From Azolla caroliniana (taxonomy: Eukaryota; Plantae; Polypodiophyta): 64,000 bases of DNA. A program made the translations under genes and the position numbers. The DNA lies in the NCBI GenBank assembly GCA_043228905.1, contig JBHGNT010000003.1, positions 11,718,001-11,782,000 of the forward strand. Reading direction: 5' to 3'. Every line of letters begins with the position of its first letter. Positions within the stretch are counted from its first letter, which is position 1. Under the pieces are notes generated by a model. It made no database searches and was not told the DNA's origin. It saw nothing but the letters and a program-made list of their open reading frames with translations. Below are positions 1-12,172 of the stretch, in pieces.

Positions 1-2864
1 TTGATTTAAAGTGTTTGAACACAACAATAGCCAACTATATATGAAAACGACTTGTAAATAGTTCAGTATCTATAGATACTTAGAGTCTACATAGACTGAT
101 TTGTATACACAATTTACCTAACTAATGGGAAGCAGTTTTTTCTCAGAAAAGAAAAAGATTATGTCTTCCCAAAACAACAATAATGCGAGGTAATCTTTGG
201 GAAAAAACATCATTGGATTTTATTGAATGCATAATGTTAAAATATCAATGAAAAACTAAGATTGGGTTACTCCTAGATTTGGAAAGAGTGTTTAACCATT
301 AAAAAGCAAGAACAAGAACAAGAATTGGAGTACAAGTAGGTTGAGTTAGTAACAAAATTGTCGATTCAAGAAAATTGGACTTTCCTATGGCTTGCAAAAT
401 TAATGCTTTCATGCTTATTTTGTTCAATGGTCCAAGGAACATTGAGAAGGTTTACAATGTTGCAAATATGCGAAATGTGTCCAAGATGTGGTATATACAA
501 AGGTTGAAACTCTTTTTCATTGGTTACTAACATACCCAAAGAATAAAAAGGCTATTGGAGTTCTATCTAGGGCATTCTGGCATATATAATGCCCTTTATG
601 TGGAAAGAATCCTCATAAATGAAACCAAATATATCTTTCCCCATACTTTCAGATACTTATATTAAAAAATTCCTGAGTAGTTTAGCTTGTTTTTAACAAT
701 AAACTTGTGGCCAAGTCATGCTAGAAGTTAAGGACTTGTAGGTGGTGCTAAAATGAAAATAAGAAGCTAGAGATGGTCACAGTTTGTATTGAAGACAATG
801 GTGAGGAGAAATTGAGGAGATAAAGCATAATATGTAAAGTGGACTTGCCTAGGATGTTAGTTATTGTGGAATTAGAAGTGCCTACCTGAACCTATTGTTG
901 AGTGCTATCTTTTGGATGTAATATAAAAGATTGTATCTTATGTATTATGATAAAAATATCTTATGTATTGTGATAAAAAAAGATAGAGAAAGTAATACAT
1001 GCAGCAAATATAAGGAGGCCAAAATATATCGCAATTCTTAAATTCGTGTCAATGAAGATAATATATAAGTAAAATCCACTCCATCAAAATAACCATTATA
1101 TTACAAGTGCCTATGGAGTTACAATCATTTTTAATATTTCCATTTTTGACGTCTTTCTACATAAAGTCAATTTGAACAATCATACATGGGGATATAGTTT
1201 CCGTTTTCCCTTACATTATTTGAACGAAATCAGTTTAGTATGAGAAAAAGATTAATTATTTATCTCAGACATATTGTCATTGGTTATATTTTAAATCTAA
1301 GACAAACTCGTATCAAAATTGAACAACATTTCATTTTATATAAAATCCAAGAAACATCAAAAGCTAATATTTTCATTCAAACTCCATTATTTGAGAAAGA
1401 TTTTGGTTGATAAAAGGGACAATATCGACATCGTTCTTAGTAGTTTGAGAAATATCATCACACACTATCCCATGAAAAATATAAAGTAGTTTATATTTAA
1501 AATATATTTAAGGTAATTGAAACGTGATTATACACTCATATAAATTGCTAGGTCAAAATCTCAATCGAACGACATGCATTAAAAAAATATAAATGGGATA
1601 TTGTACAAGTATGATTAACATTCTATTAGCATATAAAATAGACTAACATAAAACTATTTCAAAAGTAATTGTGTTTCAAGATTCCACCATTATTTCCTAC
1701 AAAGTTTGAAGCTATCATGAACGTGGGGGTTTTAACAAATGACTCAAGATGGAAGCGGAAATTGCTTCAAAATGAGAAATGTGATTAATGTCTTGATAAA
1801 TTCTTTATTGCATTCCTTAATTTAAGTTTTCATTTTTTATGGAAACCAAAGATGTATATGAAAATATGTTGTACCTCATTCATATGCTATAAAACACACA
1901 TACATACATATGTGCATGTGTGCACACACACACACTCGTTTGTGGAGGAAAAATGGCAACCTCGACATCATGGGTTCAAGCCTAATTAGTATGTTATTGG
2001 TTAGGATATCTTCCACATGTTTGCCCGATCTAGTCTTTCATGGTTTTATGTTATCAAATAGTTGACTATTAAAATATTCAATGAATTCCTTTTCAATTTC
2101 CTTTTCCACAATATGGCGGTTGAAAGCAACAAGTTTGGCAATTTTAATAACGTAATTTCAAAATTTCAAAAAGGAGTTATAAATAATGAAGATTAACAAT
2201 CCCAAAATCCACTTTAGAATATCGTTTTGAGGGGTATCTCTCTGAACATCATTGTCATTATCATACATATTCCATTTCGACTTATTATCATCCTTAAAGG
2301 TCATATATGGCTTATACAACCATACTAAAACATTTTTGCATAGAGTGTGTGAAGTTGATGGCTCTTGGTGTCCAATATGTTTTTCTAATGAATGTTGTAA
2401 TCAAGAGCACATTGTATGAGAGAGAAATGTGTAGGGTATTGATAATTGGCCGAGTATGAAATGGCCAAAAGGCTACAATAGAAAATAATGAGAGAAATAA
2501 ATAGACTTAGTTATGTTGTAGGACTAGTTCTAATATGATAGCCCCCCTTGGTTAGCCAAAGGAATGAATAAGACATTAAAGCTTAATGAAGGCATAATGA
2601 TCTACCATTTAACATATATAAAGCACTCCAATGTTTCAATTGTAAATTGTGTGCCATATTCACGTTGTCGTGGCAGTGTAGCGTAGACAGAAGATAACGT
2701 GAAAGTGAGGAAGGAATTGTTGGGATTTTGGACGGAAGAGACGAAAGAGTAGAAATAGATAAATAGTGATCAACAAGATATGACAAGATAGGATATAGAA
2801 TGATATTTGAAGCCTTGTAACGTTAGAAATCTTTAAGACTCAATAGATGTAAAAGAAAGACGCG

Positions 2865-5055
2865 ATGAACACAGTCGTGTAGCCTGCAACCACATCTTCT
2901 GCTGCCCAACTTGCCACCGCAGCCAGATCATCTCCCATCGGGTATGGCTCGATTGTTGGCCACATGTTTGTCGGCTGTCCAACCTCCGTTGTTGTGCCTG
3001 GCACAATAGTTGGGAACAGATCGATGGCTGATGAAATCAAGGCATCATTTGTGCCCAATCCCTCTGAATCCTCTATTGCTTCAACCTTCATTGCCACATC
3101 TGCCAATTAGGAGCACTTGCCACGCCGTCGCGAACAATTTGACCGGGGCTCCCGTGTAGCTAACCCAGATATTCCACCCATTTCGGATAGCGCAATAGCG
3201 CTCAAGTTGTCGCAACAAGATCGAACACGGACTGTGCAAGAGATTCAACGTTTGGAGAAGAAGACTATCATTGTGCATGTCTTGGGTCTTCATCCTACAC
3301 GCGCTGATATCTGTTTGTTGCTTCAAGCCGCTTTGAAACAGGATCTTGACAACATTACAGATGTATAAATACTTGGCAGAAATTACTACCAATTAGAGTT
3401 CAAGTCGGAACGTATGCCACCAATTTTGTTGGAGAAGAAACCAGTAGCAATCAAGGGAGGTTGGATCTCTTTTCACAAGTGGACTCACAATTTCTCCACA
3501 AATCAGGTGCATCATGATTTTGATTCATATCAAACATGTGTGGTTATTTTTCCTAATTTACGGAAAGAATGGTTTCCTTCTATGCATGTGATTGCTAGCA
3601 CTATTGGTACAGTTCTAGAAATTTATGAAAGACCACGTCGGATCGAAGATAAGTATCTAGGGGCTGCATCTACTAAACTTTTGATGTCTACGTCTACAAG
3701 GTTTCCCTCAAACATTTTGTTGCCCAATCTACTTGACCCTCTATAGGCGCCCTTTATTCTTAGAAAATCTTGTATAGGGGTTTGCCGAACCAGTCTTTCG
3801 GTTGTTTTGGGTTTGGTCATTTAACAAAATATTGCCCGAAATTTAAGGAAGACATTAACAAACATACACCTAACACAACTATAGTTCCATATCAGAATAG
3901 AGATGAGGGTTGGACCACAGTGGAGCATAAGAAGACACCTCCACGTGTATCTCAAGAGGATGCAGGGAAGGATTTGCTCTTGAAAAGAAAAATGAGAACT
4001 CAAGAGGGTGCCAGGATGCTCTTCTTGAGAAAAGGACATCTCTAAACCCTATGTAATATGGATGCCCTACATTTTCTTTCCTGGAATGTGCAAGGTCTGG
4101 GTGGTCAGGCTTTTCGTAGAGTTAAAGGACTCGTACATTCAGATGTAGGTACTTCTAATATTGGCACTATTGATATAATCTTTTTGCAAGAGCATCACAT
4201 GTGTAGGGACCGGATTCAAAAGTATGACTCCATTTTACCAGGACGATGGACTCATTTTTGGGTTCTGCCTTTGGTCCAAATAGCTGTCAGGCTAGATTAT
4301 GTATACTCTTAGACAAACCTTACAATCTATTATCTTGTCAACAGGTATTGTTATGAATAAACGAGCACAATTTCTTATCATAAAAATAGGGTCTCAAAAG
4401 GTTGGCCTAATGAATATCTATGCTTCTAACTTTGCATCAGCAAGGGCGGGTTTTTGGCTATCTCTTGTGGAATATGCGGGTTAGCAGATTGTTGCTTAGT
4501 GGGAGGCGATTTTAATATGATTGAAGATGCTTTCGATAGAATATGATGTACAACTATTGTAGTTTCAGGTTGGGAAGCTAAGTGTTGGGACTCCTTTTCT
4601 TTTGCTTTTGGTCTGCTTGATTTATGGAAGGTGCAATCGTTCACACATATACAAGGGTTCCTATAGTTTTCTAGATAAGATGGGAGTGTGGTTAGTGCTA
4701 CTTTGTCTCGGGTAGATAGATTTTATGCCAACAGTTTCTTTTGGGATGTGGGCGGATCCCTTGGTATTATTCCCATATCAACAATATCTGATCATGACCT
4801 TCTAAAGTTAAATGTTACATTTGATAAGAAGCGATACTCTAAGGAGTGGCGTATTCCTCTTTCCTTGCTATCTGATGATAGCCGTTGGATGTCAATTGTT
4901 CAGATATGGTCAAAATATAACTGGACCGATGATTGTTTGATTCTTCATAATATGGTTGATTCCATACTTGATAAAAATATTTTTTTCATGAATATAGTTT
5001 CCGCTTCGGTGTATCGCTGCAATTCAGAAATTGCCAATTCGCATCGTGCGCTTGC
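2865..5055 (+). mobile_element. L1-type LINE, 5' part: degenerate ORF1 (~2865-4045) and ORF2 AP-endonuclease (4058-5055)
   Basis: ORF1 fragments 3117-3368 and 3414-3746 share a frame, followed by zinc-knuckle remnant SFGCFGFGHLTKYC. ORF2 has APE motifs SWNVQGL, IFLQEHH, MNIYA, GGDFN, SRVDRFY, SDHD. Many premature stops. Confidence 0.88.
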
Positions 5056-5553
5056 TGTTGTCCCTTTGGCTGGACAAGCCCTAACACAAGGTGTCCCTAT
5101 GGAACACTTCACCAAAGGGCGGTACGGGAAGATATGGATGGACCATAGTATTGAATGGTCTTAACCGGTTACTAACCGACACCCTTAATTAATCGTAACA
5201 CACGCGTAAGATTAACTACATTAAGCACATGACGGTAACCAGATAGACACTAAACATATGTAAACAACAACACTTCTATTAATTATCCATCTTTGATTAC
5301 ATTCTTGCCGGGTTCTTTTATAGGTCTCCGACTGAGTTACAAACCAGTGCCAACTGGCAACCAACAACGATCCGGTCCGGATTCGAAATGGCATACCGAT
5401 TCTGGGTCTGTCCATCCGCTTCTCAAAATAGCATAATACTTATTAATTCCCATAATATTTCCTAATACTTATTAATTGCAACTCCCTATTCCTAATTAAA
5501 TACCCCTTTACATTCTGGACTCTAACCGGCCCTTTTTGCCTTGCCGGCCAACA
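5056..5553 (-). repeat. A 3' LTR
   Basis: TGTTGTCCC...GGCCAACA; direct repeat of 36683-37181 with roughly 20 differences by eye. Confidence 0.95.
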
Positions 5554-5608
5554 CATGGCACGCCCATCAGACAATACATTGTACGTCGAACCCACAGTTA
5601 GCCCTTCA

Positions 5609-8549
5609 TCACTCATCTGTCAAAATGTCCAGAATGCTTTGGTCCAAGGGTTCTAGAGGTTCCTCGGGTAGTTGCTCCATTTGTTGTTGTGGCTGCTGTT
5701 GCTCTCCGGCCTGCTCCTTCTCTCCGGCTTCCATCCGTTCTGGCTCCAGTCCCTGTTGGGCTTCCATCTCTGGCTCATCGGTTTTGGGCTCCTCTTGCTC
5801 CTAATGGCCGGCTTGGACTGGTTCTTTTGGGTCGGCTACCTTCGGCTGCTCCTCTTGAGCGACTTTTGTCTGGCTTTCTCCGGTTTCGGTTGCATTCGGT
5901 GTCTGCTCTGACGATTTCTCCTCATCACTAATGTTAATTACCGCCCTTCTTCTACGCTCCATTTGCTGTCTCCGCTCTCGTTCGTAACGCTCGAACTGGA
6001 GTTGGGTATCATGCTGGTCGTCATCTAGCTATTTCACTAGCCGGTGCACCGCCACCAGTTGCTCTCCGGCCAAGGATAGGAAGTCATCCGCTAACTCCTC
6101 CCGTATGGTCACAACGCTTTCCGTGTCAAGTTTGTAGAAGTTATCACCGTCCTTTTGCCGGTTACCCGAGTCCGTTCGCAAGACTTGCAACTCGGCTGCT
6201 TGCTTTGCTCATTTGGACTGCCACTGTACTACACTTTCTTCGACTAACTTCTTCGTCCGGTCCCTCCATGTCAGTACAATATCTCGGATACGGTCAAGTC
6301 CCATCTTTGACTTCTCCTCTACGGCCTGATTTTCATCCTTTCATTGTTTTATGAGGATTGTGGTTGCCTCAACTTGTCCCTTATATTGCATTAGCTGCAT
6401 CTGATAAGTCGTTTGAACTCTATTGAGAGCCATCTTTGCTCATTCCATCTCCTCATGATGCTGCCGGGTAAGCTCCAGTTTTTCTTTCGCCGCTTCTGCT
6501 AGCATTTTTGCCGCTTCGAATCCCTTGGTCCTTTCCTCCGCTAATGCCGCCGCCGTCCTGTGGACTTCATCCCGGAGTTCCCGCATCTTTTCTTGCTGCC
6601 GATCACCTTCTGCCAACAATTTCTTGTGTTCCGCCTCTAGGTGCTTGTGATCTCAGTGCAACCTGTCAAAATCCTCCGTTTTCTATTTCAGCCTCTAGTT
6701 GATTTGGTGTCGGGCCCGGTCCTCCCGGTCCTTCTGTTGCCAGAGTTCTTCTTGGAGCTGCTCAATCTCGACTTCCGCCGAACACCATAGTTTCTCCCTT
6801 TCTTGCGACAACTTGTCTTTTTCTTCTTTTAATTGGTCATATGATTGATGAACTTCCGTAAATTTTCTTCGGCTCTTCGGAGGTGCTCTGCTGTTTTCCG
6901 TTGTTCTTCCTCCACCGCCTTCTTCAAGTCTCGTTCTCTAGCCCTTAAGGCCTCTTGGGCGGCCAATTCCTCTTTGGGAGTAACAAGTTCTTGTTCCTGT
7001 GCCTTATTTGCACCCGGTGCTATTTCAATTATCGGCACCTGATCGGTCTGTTCATTCCCCGGAGTCACCTGTTCTGGTAGTCTTGGTCCTTCCGTGACCT
7101 ACTTAGCTGCCTCTGCTTTGGCCTGCACAATTTCTTCTTCCATGCTCCGGATCCTCAACCGAGCCTTCTTAAGTTCTTTGGTTGTGGCAAACAATCGGTT
7201 CCCCTGTGCTCTCTCCTCCATTTCTATTTGGCACACAACCTCGTCCACCTACTCACCGATCCACCGTAGCCATTGACGGTCGGTGCCTTTATGTCGTGTC
7301 AGTTCTAGTTGTGGCGTGGCCTCTATTCTCGCCGGAAACCCTTTTGGGATTGTTGACTGCAACGACAAATCCTGGTCTTACTGTGTCTGCTGCCCTAGTG
7401 AGATAGGCAATTCAATCACCGGTTCGTGGACCACCGACACTGCTACTTCTTGCTGTACAGGTAACTCTTCCATCGGTTCTGGTTGAACCGGTTCCGCCTC
7501 CTTCCTTGGCTCTGGTCCGTCCGAGCGGAGTGTCGGTGCGCTGTCCTTCCCCGGACCCAATTTGTCCCTCTTTTGGCGACGTAGGAGGTTATCTGTGGGG
7601 TCTTCCTCCGCCTCCTCCTCTTGGGTCCTCATATTGATTTTTGTTGCCAAGGGGTCTGGTTCTTGTTGTTGTCGGCACAACTTGATTTTCAAAGGCCGTA
7701 CTGGTGGCTCCACCGATGTTTTCGCCTCTGCTTGCCTCTTCTGGCTAGGTTATTCTTTCCCTTGTTGCGAGGTACTGCTCTCTTTCCATCCGGGTGTGTG
7801 TTTGGCTAGGAGTTGCTATCGTTTTGAAGGTTTGTTGGGCGTGGTCTCCGTTACTCGAACCCGCTGTTTCGTCCTTACCGGCTCCACCGGTGGCGCCAAC
7901 AGAGTCAGCCATTGAGCCACCGCCGTCCATAGTTTCTTGCCGTTTTGCACTGATTCTATCGCTGTCTGTAAGCAATTGGCGATGATTACCGACCAATCCA
8001 CTTGCACCCCTGTGTACGTAGCATGATGAAACCGGCTTTGTTCTTTGGCATTTCCGGAGGTCAGAGGTACACGAACCCATACTCGTGGAGGACTCGAGCC
8101 ACTTCTCTAGATAGGAGGTCCTCGCCACCTTGTGTCCGGTGAGCCTTACTAGCGAGGGAATACTCGCCAAAAAACCTGGTTAGTGTTTCGGGAGAAGGCT
8201 TCTTGCTCGAGTAGATACCCCCTTCTGGTAGTCCGATTAGCGCGTGGATGGCTTCCTCCGTTATGAACTCCGTGTCGATTTTCTGCACAACTTCTTCAGC
8301 TTTGTCGTGCGGCGGTGCCTCGGCTATCCTCAGGAAGCCTCCTAACCCACGTTGGTTGAACCACTTCTTTGCTGTTTCGGAGAGTTCCATAGGTTCCATC
8401 TCGTCTTCTGGTTTTGCGGCAAGTAGGCCCGATTTATTTGTCTGTGCTTCTTGTGTTCGTCTGCTCACTTGTATTGTCGTTTGTGCACTCAGTGCTTTGT
8501 GTTTGCGAAATGAATGAGACTCTACGAGATGGGGGTTTCTTGTTCCCAT
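5609..8549 (-). pseudogene. A extra (env-like position) ORF of roughly 950 codons downstream of pol, interrupted by stops
   Basis: ORF-track pieces 8061-8612, 7816-8007, 7378-7713 and 6829-7068 chain into one reading: globular N-terminal part (VDWSVIIAN), P/E-rich linker, E/K/R coiled-coil, ending SILDILTDE**. Confidence 0.65.
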
Positions 8550-8834
8550 GCTTGGTGCCTTCCTCGATTCTCGTGCATGCACGTCGTGTACTATAATAGC
8601 ACTGTGTGACACGTGGTGCGCTTTAACTAGGCTTTAAATAGCCACTACACACCTTTTCAAGGTGTCTGTTCATTCCTCGCCTCTGCATGATGACTTTGTA
8701 TTTGTATTTATTTATTTTAATATCTACGTTAGTTCCGGTTGTCTAGTAACTGGATCCCTTGGTTGTTCCTCCTCGTGGTTGCCAATTACGTGTTTGCCGC
8801 CGCCTGTCTCTACGTTGGCCTTTGGTTGATGGAA

Positions 8835-9210
8835 CTAGTTTTGTGGCATGGCTCCATAATAGAGTTTAAGCCAGAACCCATTTACCCACTTGTCCAGCAT
8901 TTCGTCGACAAGTGTTCCTAGCTGGTATGAACCCTTGAACTCCCACGTGATCCAATATGGTCCAGTCCACCGGAACCGCAACTTCCCCGACATGTTACCC
9001 ATTCGGGTCTGGAATACGAGCACTGGCTTGCCAATTCCAAATAGTTTCTCGTTGCCCTTTCGGTGATGGTCCACGAATGCTTTCCTCCGTCGTTGCTCCA
9101 GTTCCATCAGCATGATGCTCGCTATCCGGTGCTCTTCCAGCTTGCATAGTGCTGCTAACCGGATTTTCTTTGATTCCTTTTCACTCAGTCACTCCCGAAC
9201 CTGTATCCGT
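8835..9210 (-). pseudogene. A integrase C-terminal part (GPY/F region)
   Basis: GKLRFRWTGPY...WVNGFWLKLY; in frame with 13173+ once B is removed (PSLR|IQVRE). Confidence 0.85.
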
Positions 9211-9874
9211 TGTCGCGAAGATGCGCGTGCGAGCGTGCTTCGCTTGAGCGGGACCGCCGGGGTCTTGGACCAAGGAGGATGTCCGTCAAGGTATTGAGAA
9301 GAGGATGATGTGAATGTAAGATTGGAGGAAGAACTATTACACTTGAGAAGATTGAAGATTGTACACTTTCAGAAGTAGATAAATAATTACAAGATAGATG
9401 TAGAGAAGAAGAAATAGAAGCTTATATTATTGATGGTGATGATGATGGTCATATCATATTGAGCCCCCCCCTTTACGCAAGCCGTACTAGGGGTTTTATA
9501 GGTTTGTCCATGCACAAAACCATGGGCTTGGAGCCATGGTTTCTATGCACACAGTTTTTCTTTGTAACATGCAGGAAACCATGGGCTTAAAACCGTGGTT
9601 TTGTGTACACGTTTTGTTCGTTTGTTTCCTACGGAATACTGAATATGAGAAAGAAATATAGAACATCTAAAGCACTTAGTAGTAGCTTTAGTGGTAAGGT
9701 AATTGCCTCTTATCTTAGAGGTGCAAGGTTCAAATCCTACTTGCAACCCTCTACATGCACTCAATGCCATTGTGACCTAGGTTTATTTATTTTCATTTTT
9801 ACAAGTATTCGTGAAATGTGTGTGGATCCTCAATTTTTGACTTTTTCTCGCACTAGACATGCCACATCACAACA
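9211..9874 (-). repeat. B 3' LTR (~664 bp)
   Basis: TGTCGCGAAG...CATCACAACA bordered by PPT-like tract; resembles 12173-13168 only at the first ~70 bp and the tRNA-like module. Confidence 0.65.
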
Positions 9875-11106
9875 TCCATCCCCACCAAACCGCACATCCT
9901 CCGGTATGTGCCAAGAAGAAAAGAGTGATGTGGAAGGGTCAAAGGTGTTGGTGTTTGATTTCCTCCTTTCTTGCGCCTCGTCTGCACCGTCTTTTTGTCG
10001 TCTACTTCGAACTGTCGGTACCATCCGATCCACCATATCATTCGCTCACCTTTTTTATTGCCATGTCTAGTTGTCATGGCTCCCTTTGCTCCTCCCGAGC
10101 ATAACGCTTCATGCCTCATGCATGTGCCACCTTCATCTCGGCCATCTCCTTGGTCACCTAACTTTCCTTTATCATCATTTCTCGTCTCATGCTTGCCTTT
10201 CCTTATGCTCACTAGCCTCAACCGGGTGTCACGACTCGTCTGCTTCGACCTCCGCCTAGGCCAGTTCAACTTTTGTCTGTCTCGACCAATCAGCTTCTGG
10301 CTTGGTCGGCCTTCCTCCGGATTCGCATTCGGCTGAATCAGACTCAGACGATCGACTTTCGTCCGGGTCAGTTTCCATCCGGTTTTCGGTTGGGTCGGGC
10401 CCGTTTGATCAACTCTCGTTCGGGTCGGCTTCCGTTCGGGTCGGAATACCAACCGCGTCATCTTCCATCCGGATTGTATTCTGGTTCTTCCTTTCTTGCT
10501 GCTATCTGGCTCTTCATCGAACTCTATTGTAGCTTTGTTTTTGGCGTCCTTGTTGGCCACCGTTCCTCCGTATGCGCTGGCGTCGACCCTCATCTCCTCG
10601 CCGCCACCTTCCATCTCTCCGGTCTTATGTTCGCTCTCGGGCACAACTGCCGAAGTCTCCAGAATCGGTGTGGAGGGATTCCTTCGTCTATGGCCATCCT
10701 CCTCATCGTTGTTTTGGTCCTTTGATTTCCAGCCGCCACCTTCTGTCTCTCCGGTCTCACGTTGACACTCGGGCACAACTGCCGAAGTCTCAAGAACAAT
10801 TGTGGGGAGAACCTCGACACCATCGGTCACCGTCTTCTCATCCGTAGCCATCTTTCGCTCAATGTTGTTATTCACATTTTCTTCAATATTTTTTTCCCCA
10901 CCACTTTCCATCTCTTTGGTCTCATGTTGGCTCTCGGATGCAACTGCCCAAGTCTCTAGATCAAGTGTTGGGAAAGTCTCGACACGGTCATTCACCGTGG
11001 ACTCTTCCTTAGCCATCTGGGACTCGATGTCATTCCTCCTGGCTACCACCTCAATCACGTCGACTTTGCACTCTTTACATCCCTTGATCACACAAGCTTC
11101 CCTCAT
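9853..11106 (-). CDS. B second ORF (417 aa), charged and low-complexity with internal repeats, function unknown
   Basis: Open 417 codons; three copies of an ETSAVVPE.E..TGE.EGGG-like unit and two GWK(M/L)TR units; ATG overlaps the gag stop (ATGA). Confidence 0.45.
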   Translation of the reverse strand: MREACVIKGCKECKVDVIEVVARRNDIESQMAKEESTVNDRVETFPTLDLETWAVASESQHETKEMESGGEKNIEENVNNNIERKMATDEKTVTDGVEVLPTIVLETSAVVPECQRETGETEGGGWKSKDQNNDEEDGHRRRNPSTPILETSAVVPESEHKTGEMEGGGEEMRVDASAYGGTVANKDAKNKATIEFDEEPDSSKKGRTRIQSGWKMTRLVFRPERKPTRTRVDQTGPTQPKTGWKLTRTKVDRLSLIQPNANPEEGRPSQKLIGRDRQKLNWPRRRSKQTSRDTRLRLVSIRKGKHETRNDDKGKLGDQGDGRDEGGTCMRHEALCSGGAKGAMTTRHGNKKGERMIWWIGWYRQFEVDDKKTVQTRRKKGGNQTPTPLTLPHHSFLLGTYRRMCGLVGMDVVMWHV

Positions 11107-12026
11107 GCTTGCACCTTCATTACTCGATATTTTGCAACATTTCCCGCTCTCGAGTCTTCGGCCTTTCTCTTGACCGTCGTTCCTCCATAAGTCGAGAAGG
11201 TGGCTTGTTTCACACCTTCTCCCATGGTACTGTCATACCAAACCTGGGCCTTCGTATTGGCTGCACCATTAGTCTGCATTTGTCGGGAGGTCTCCTCTTC
11301 GTCGATCACCATTTTCCTCGGTTTTGTTTTCAACTTCTCTTCAACCTCGACTTGTGCCTTTAAGTTCATTAATGCCTCTCTCATCAAGGCTTCTATGTTG
11401 AGTTCTTTTGAAGCTTCCCTCTTAGAGCTTTCTTCCTTCAGTGGGTTTTTATTGCCACATCCCATTCTCCTTTGAACATCCCTTGTGGGTCGTGTTGTTG
11501 TCGATGAGAGTCTCATCTCCCTCTTATCGTGTTGTCGGCATACCCTTTCCACTTTGGCCCAATCCTCAGTGAGGCCATTTTCACCATTGTCATCCTCGAG
11601 TTGGATTCCAATGGCCTTCCTTTCATTCCGATCGATTGACTTTACAAACATCAAAACTTTATTCACCCCCACCAATCTTCGATCTCGGTCTGAGAGTTGA
11701 GCGACGCGATACTCAAACTCAACGAATGCATGCATAACACTCTGGTGGGTCTTTCTCGATGACACCCATTCGTGAAACTCATACACACCTCGTCCCTTTT
11801 GCTCTTCGTAACCATATGATTCTCGTAAAGCTTCTTTGAAGGACACCCACGAATCGTGAGTTTTTTTAATCTCTTTAATCTCTTCGAAGATCGGTTCGGC
11901 CACCACTCGACAAAAGTACTCCAGCCTCATTGCTTCCTCCACTCCTCTTGAATCCATTTCGGCATTGTAGGCCTTTAGAAATTTTTGGACTTTGCCTCCA
12001 TCGAAAAACCCGACTCGCTTGATCAT
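11103..12026 (-). CDS. B Gag-like protein (307 aa; probable original start ~12131 separated by one stop)
   Basis: FDGGKVQKFLKAYNAEM...SWVSFKEALRESY resembles a Gypsy capsid; lies directly after the PBS. Confidence 0.7.
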   Translation of the reverse strand: MIKRVGFFDGGKVQKFLKAYNAEMDSRGVEEAMRLEYFCRVVAEPIFEEIKEIKKTHDSWVSFKEALRESYGYEEQKGRGVYEFHEWVSSRKTHQSVMHAFVEFEYRVAQLSDRDRRLVGVNKVLMFVKSIDRNERKAIGIQLEDDNGENGLTEDWAKVERVCRQHDKREMRLSSTTTRPTRDVQRRMGCGNKNPLKEESSKREASKELNIEALMREALMNLKAQVEVEEKLKTKPRKMVIDEEETSRQMQTNGAANTKAQVWYDSTMGEGVKQATFSTYGGTTVKRKAEDSRAGNVAKYRVMKVQA

Positions 12027-12146
12027 GCTTTCGACGGCTGGTTGGGCCGCATGTCGTGTTTTCCCTTCTCTTCAAAACTCTATCATCATCTTTGACATTG
12101 CCTTCATTAGATATTCCTCGTCCAGCTTCATCGTCCCCTACCGCTC

Positions 12147-12164
12147 TTCACGTCGGGTTCACCA
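12147..12164 (-). promoter_or_regulatory. B primer-binding site, tRNA-Trp
   Basis: Plus strand TTCACGTCGGGTTCACCA equals the 3' 18 nt of plant cytosolic tRNA-Trp as recalled; 8 nt from the LTR edge. Confidence 0.8.
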
Positions 12165-12172
12165 ATTAATTA

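Noticed and set aside
1-2800. Possible host gene or promoter in the AT-rich start
   Set aside because: No convincing ORF or recognisable exon; only a short (CA)n at ~1893-1935 and a lone B-box-like GGTTCAAGCC at ~1973.
5672-5911. Hydrophobic 79-aa ORF resembling a membrane protein or Env
   Set aside because: It is the antisense reading of the E/K/Q-rich end of A's extra ORF.
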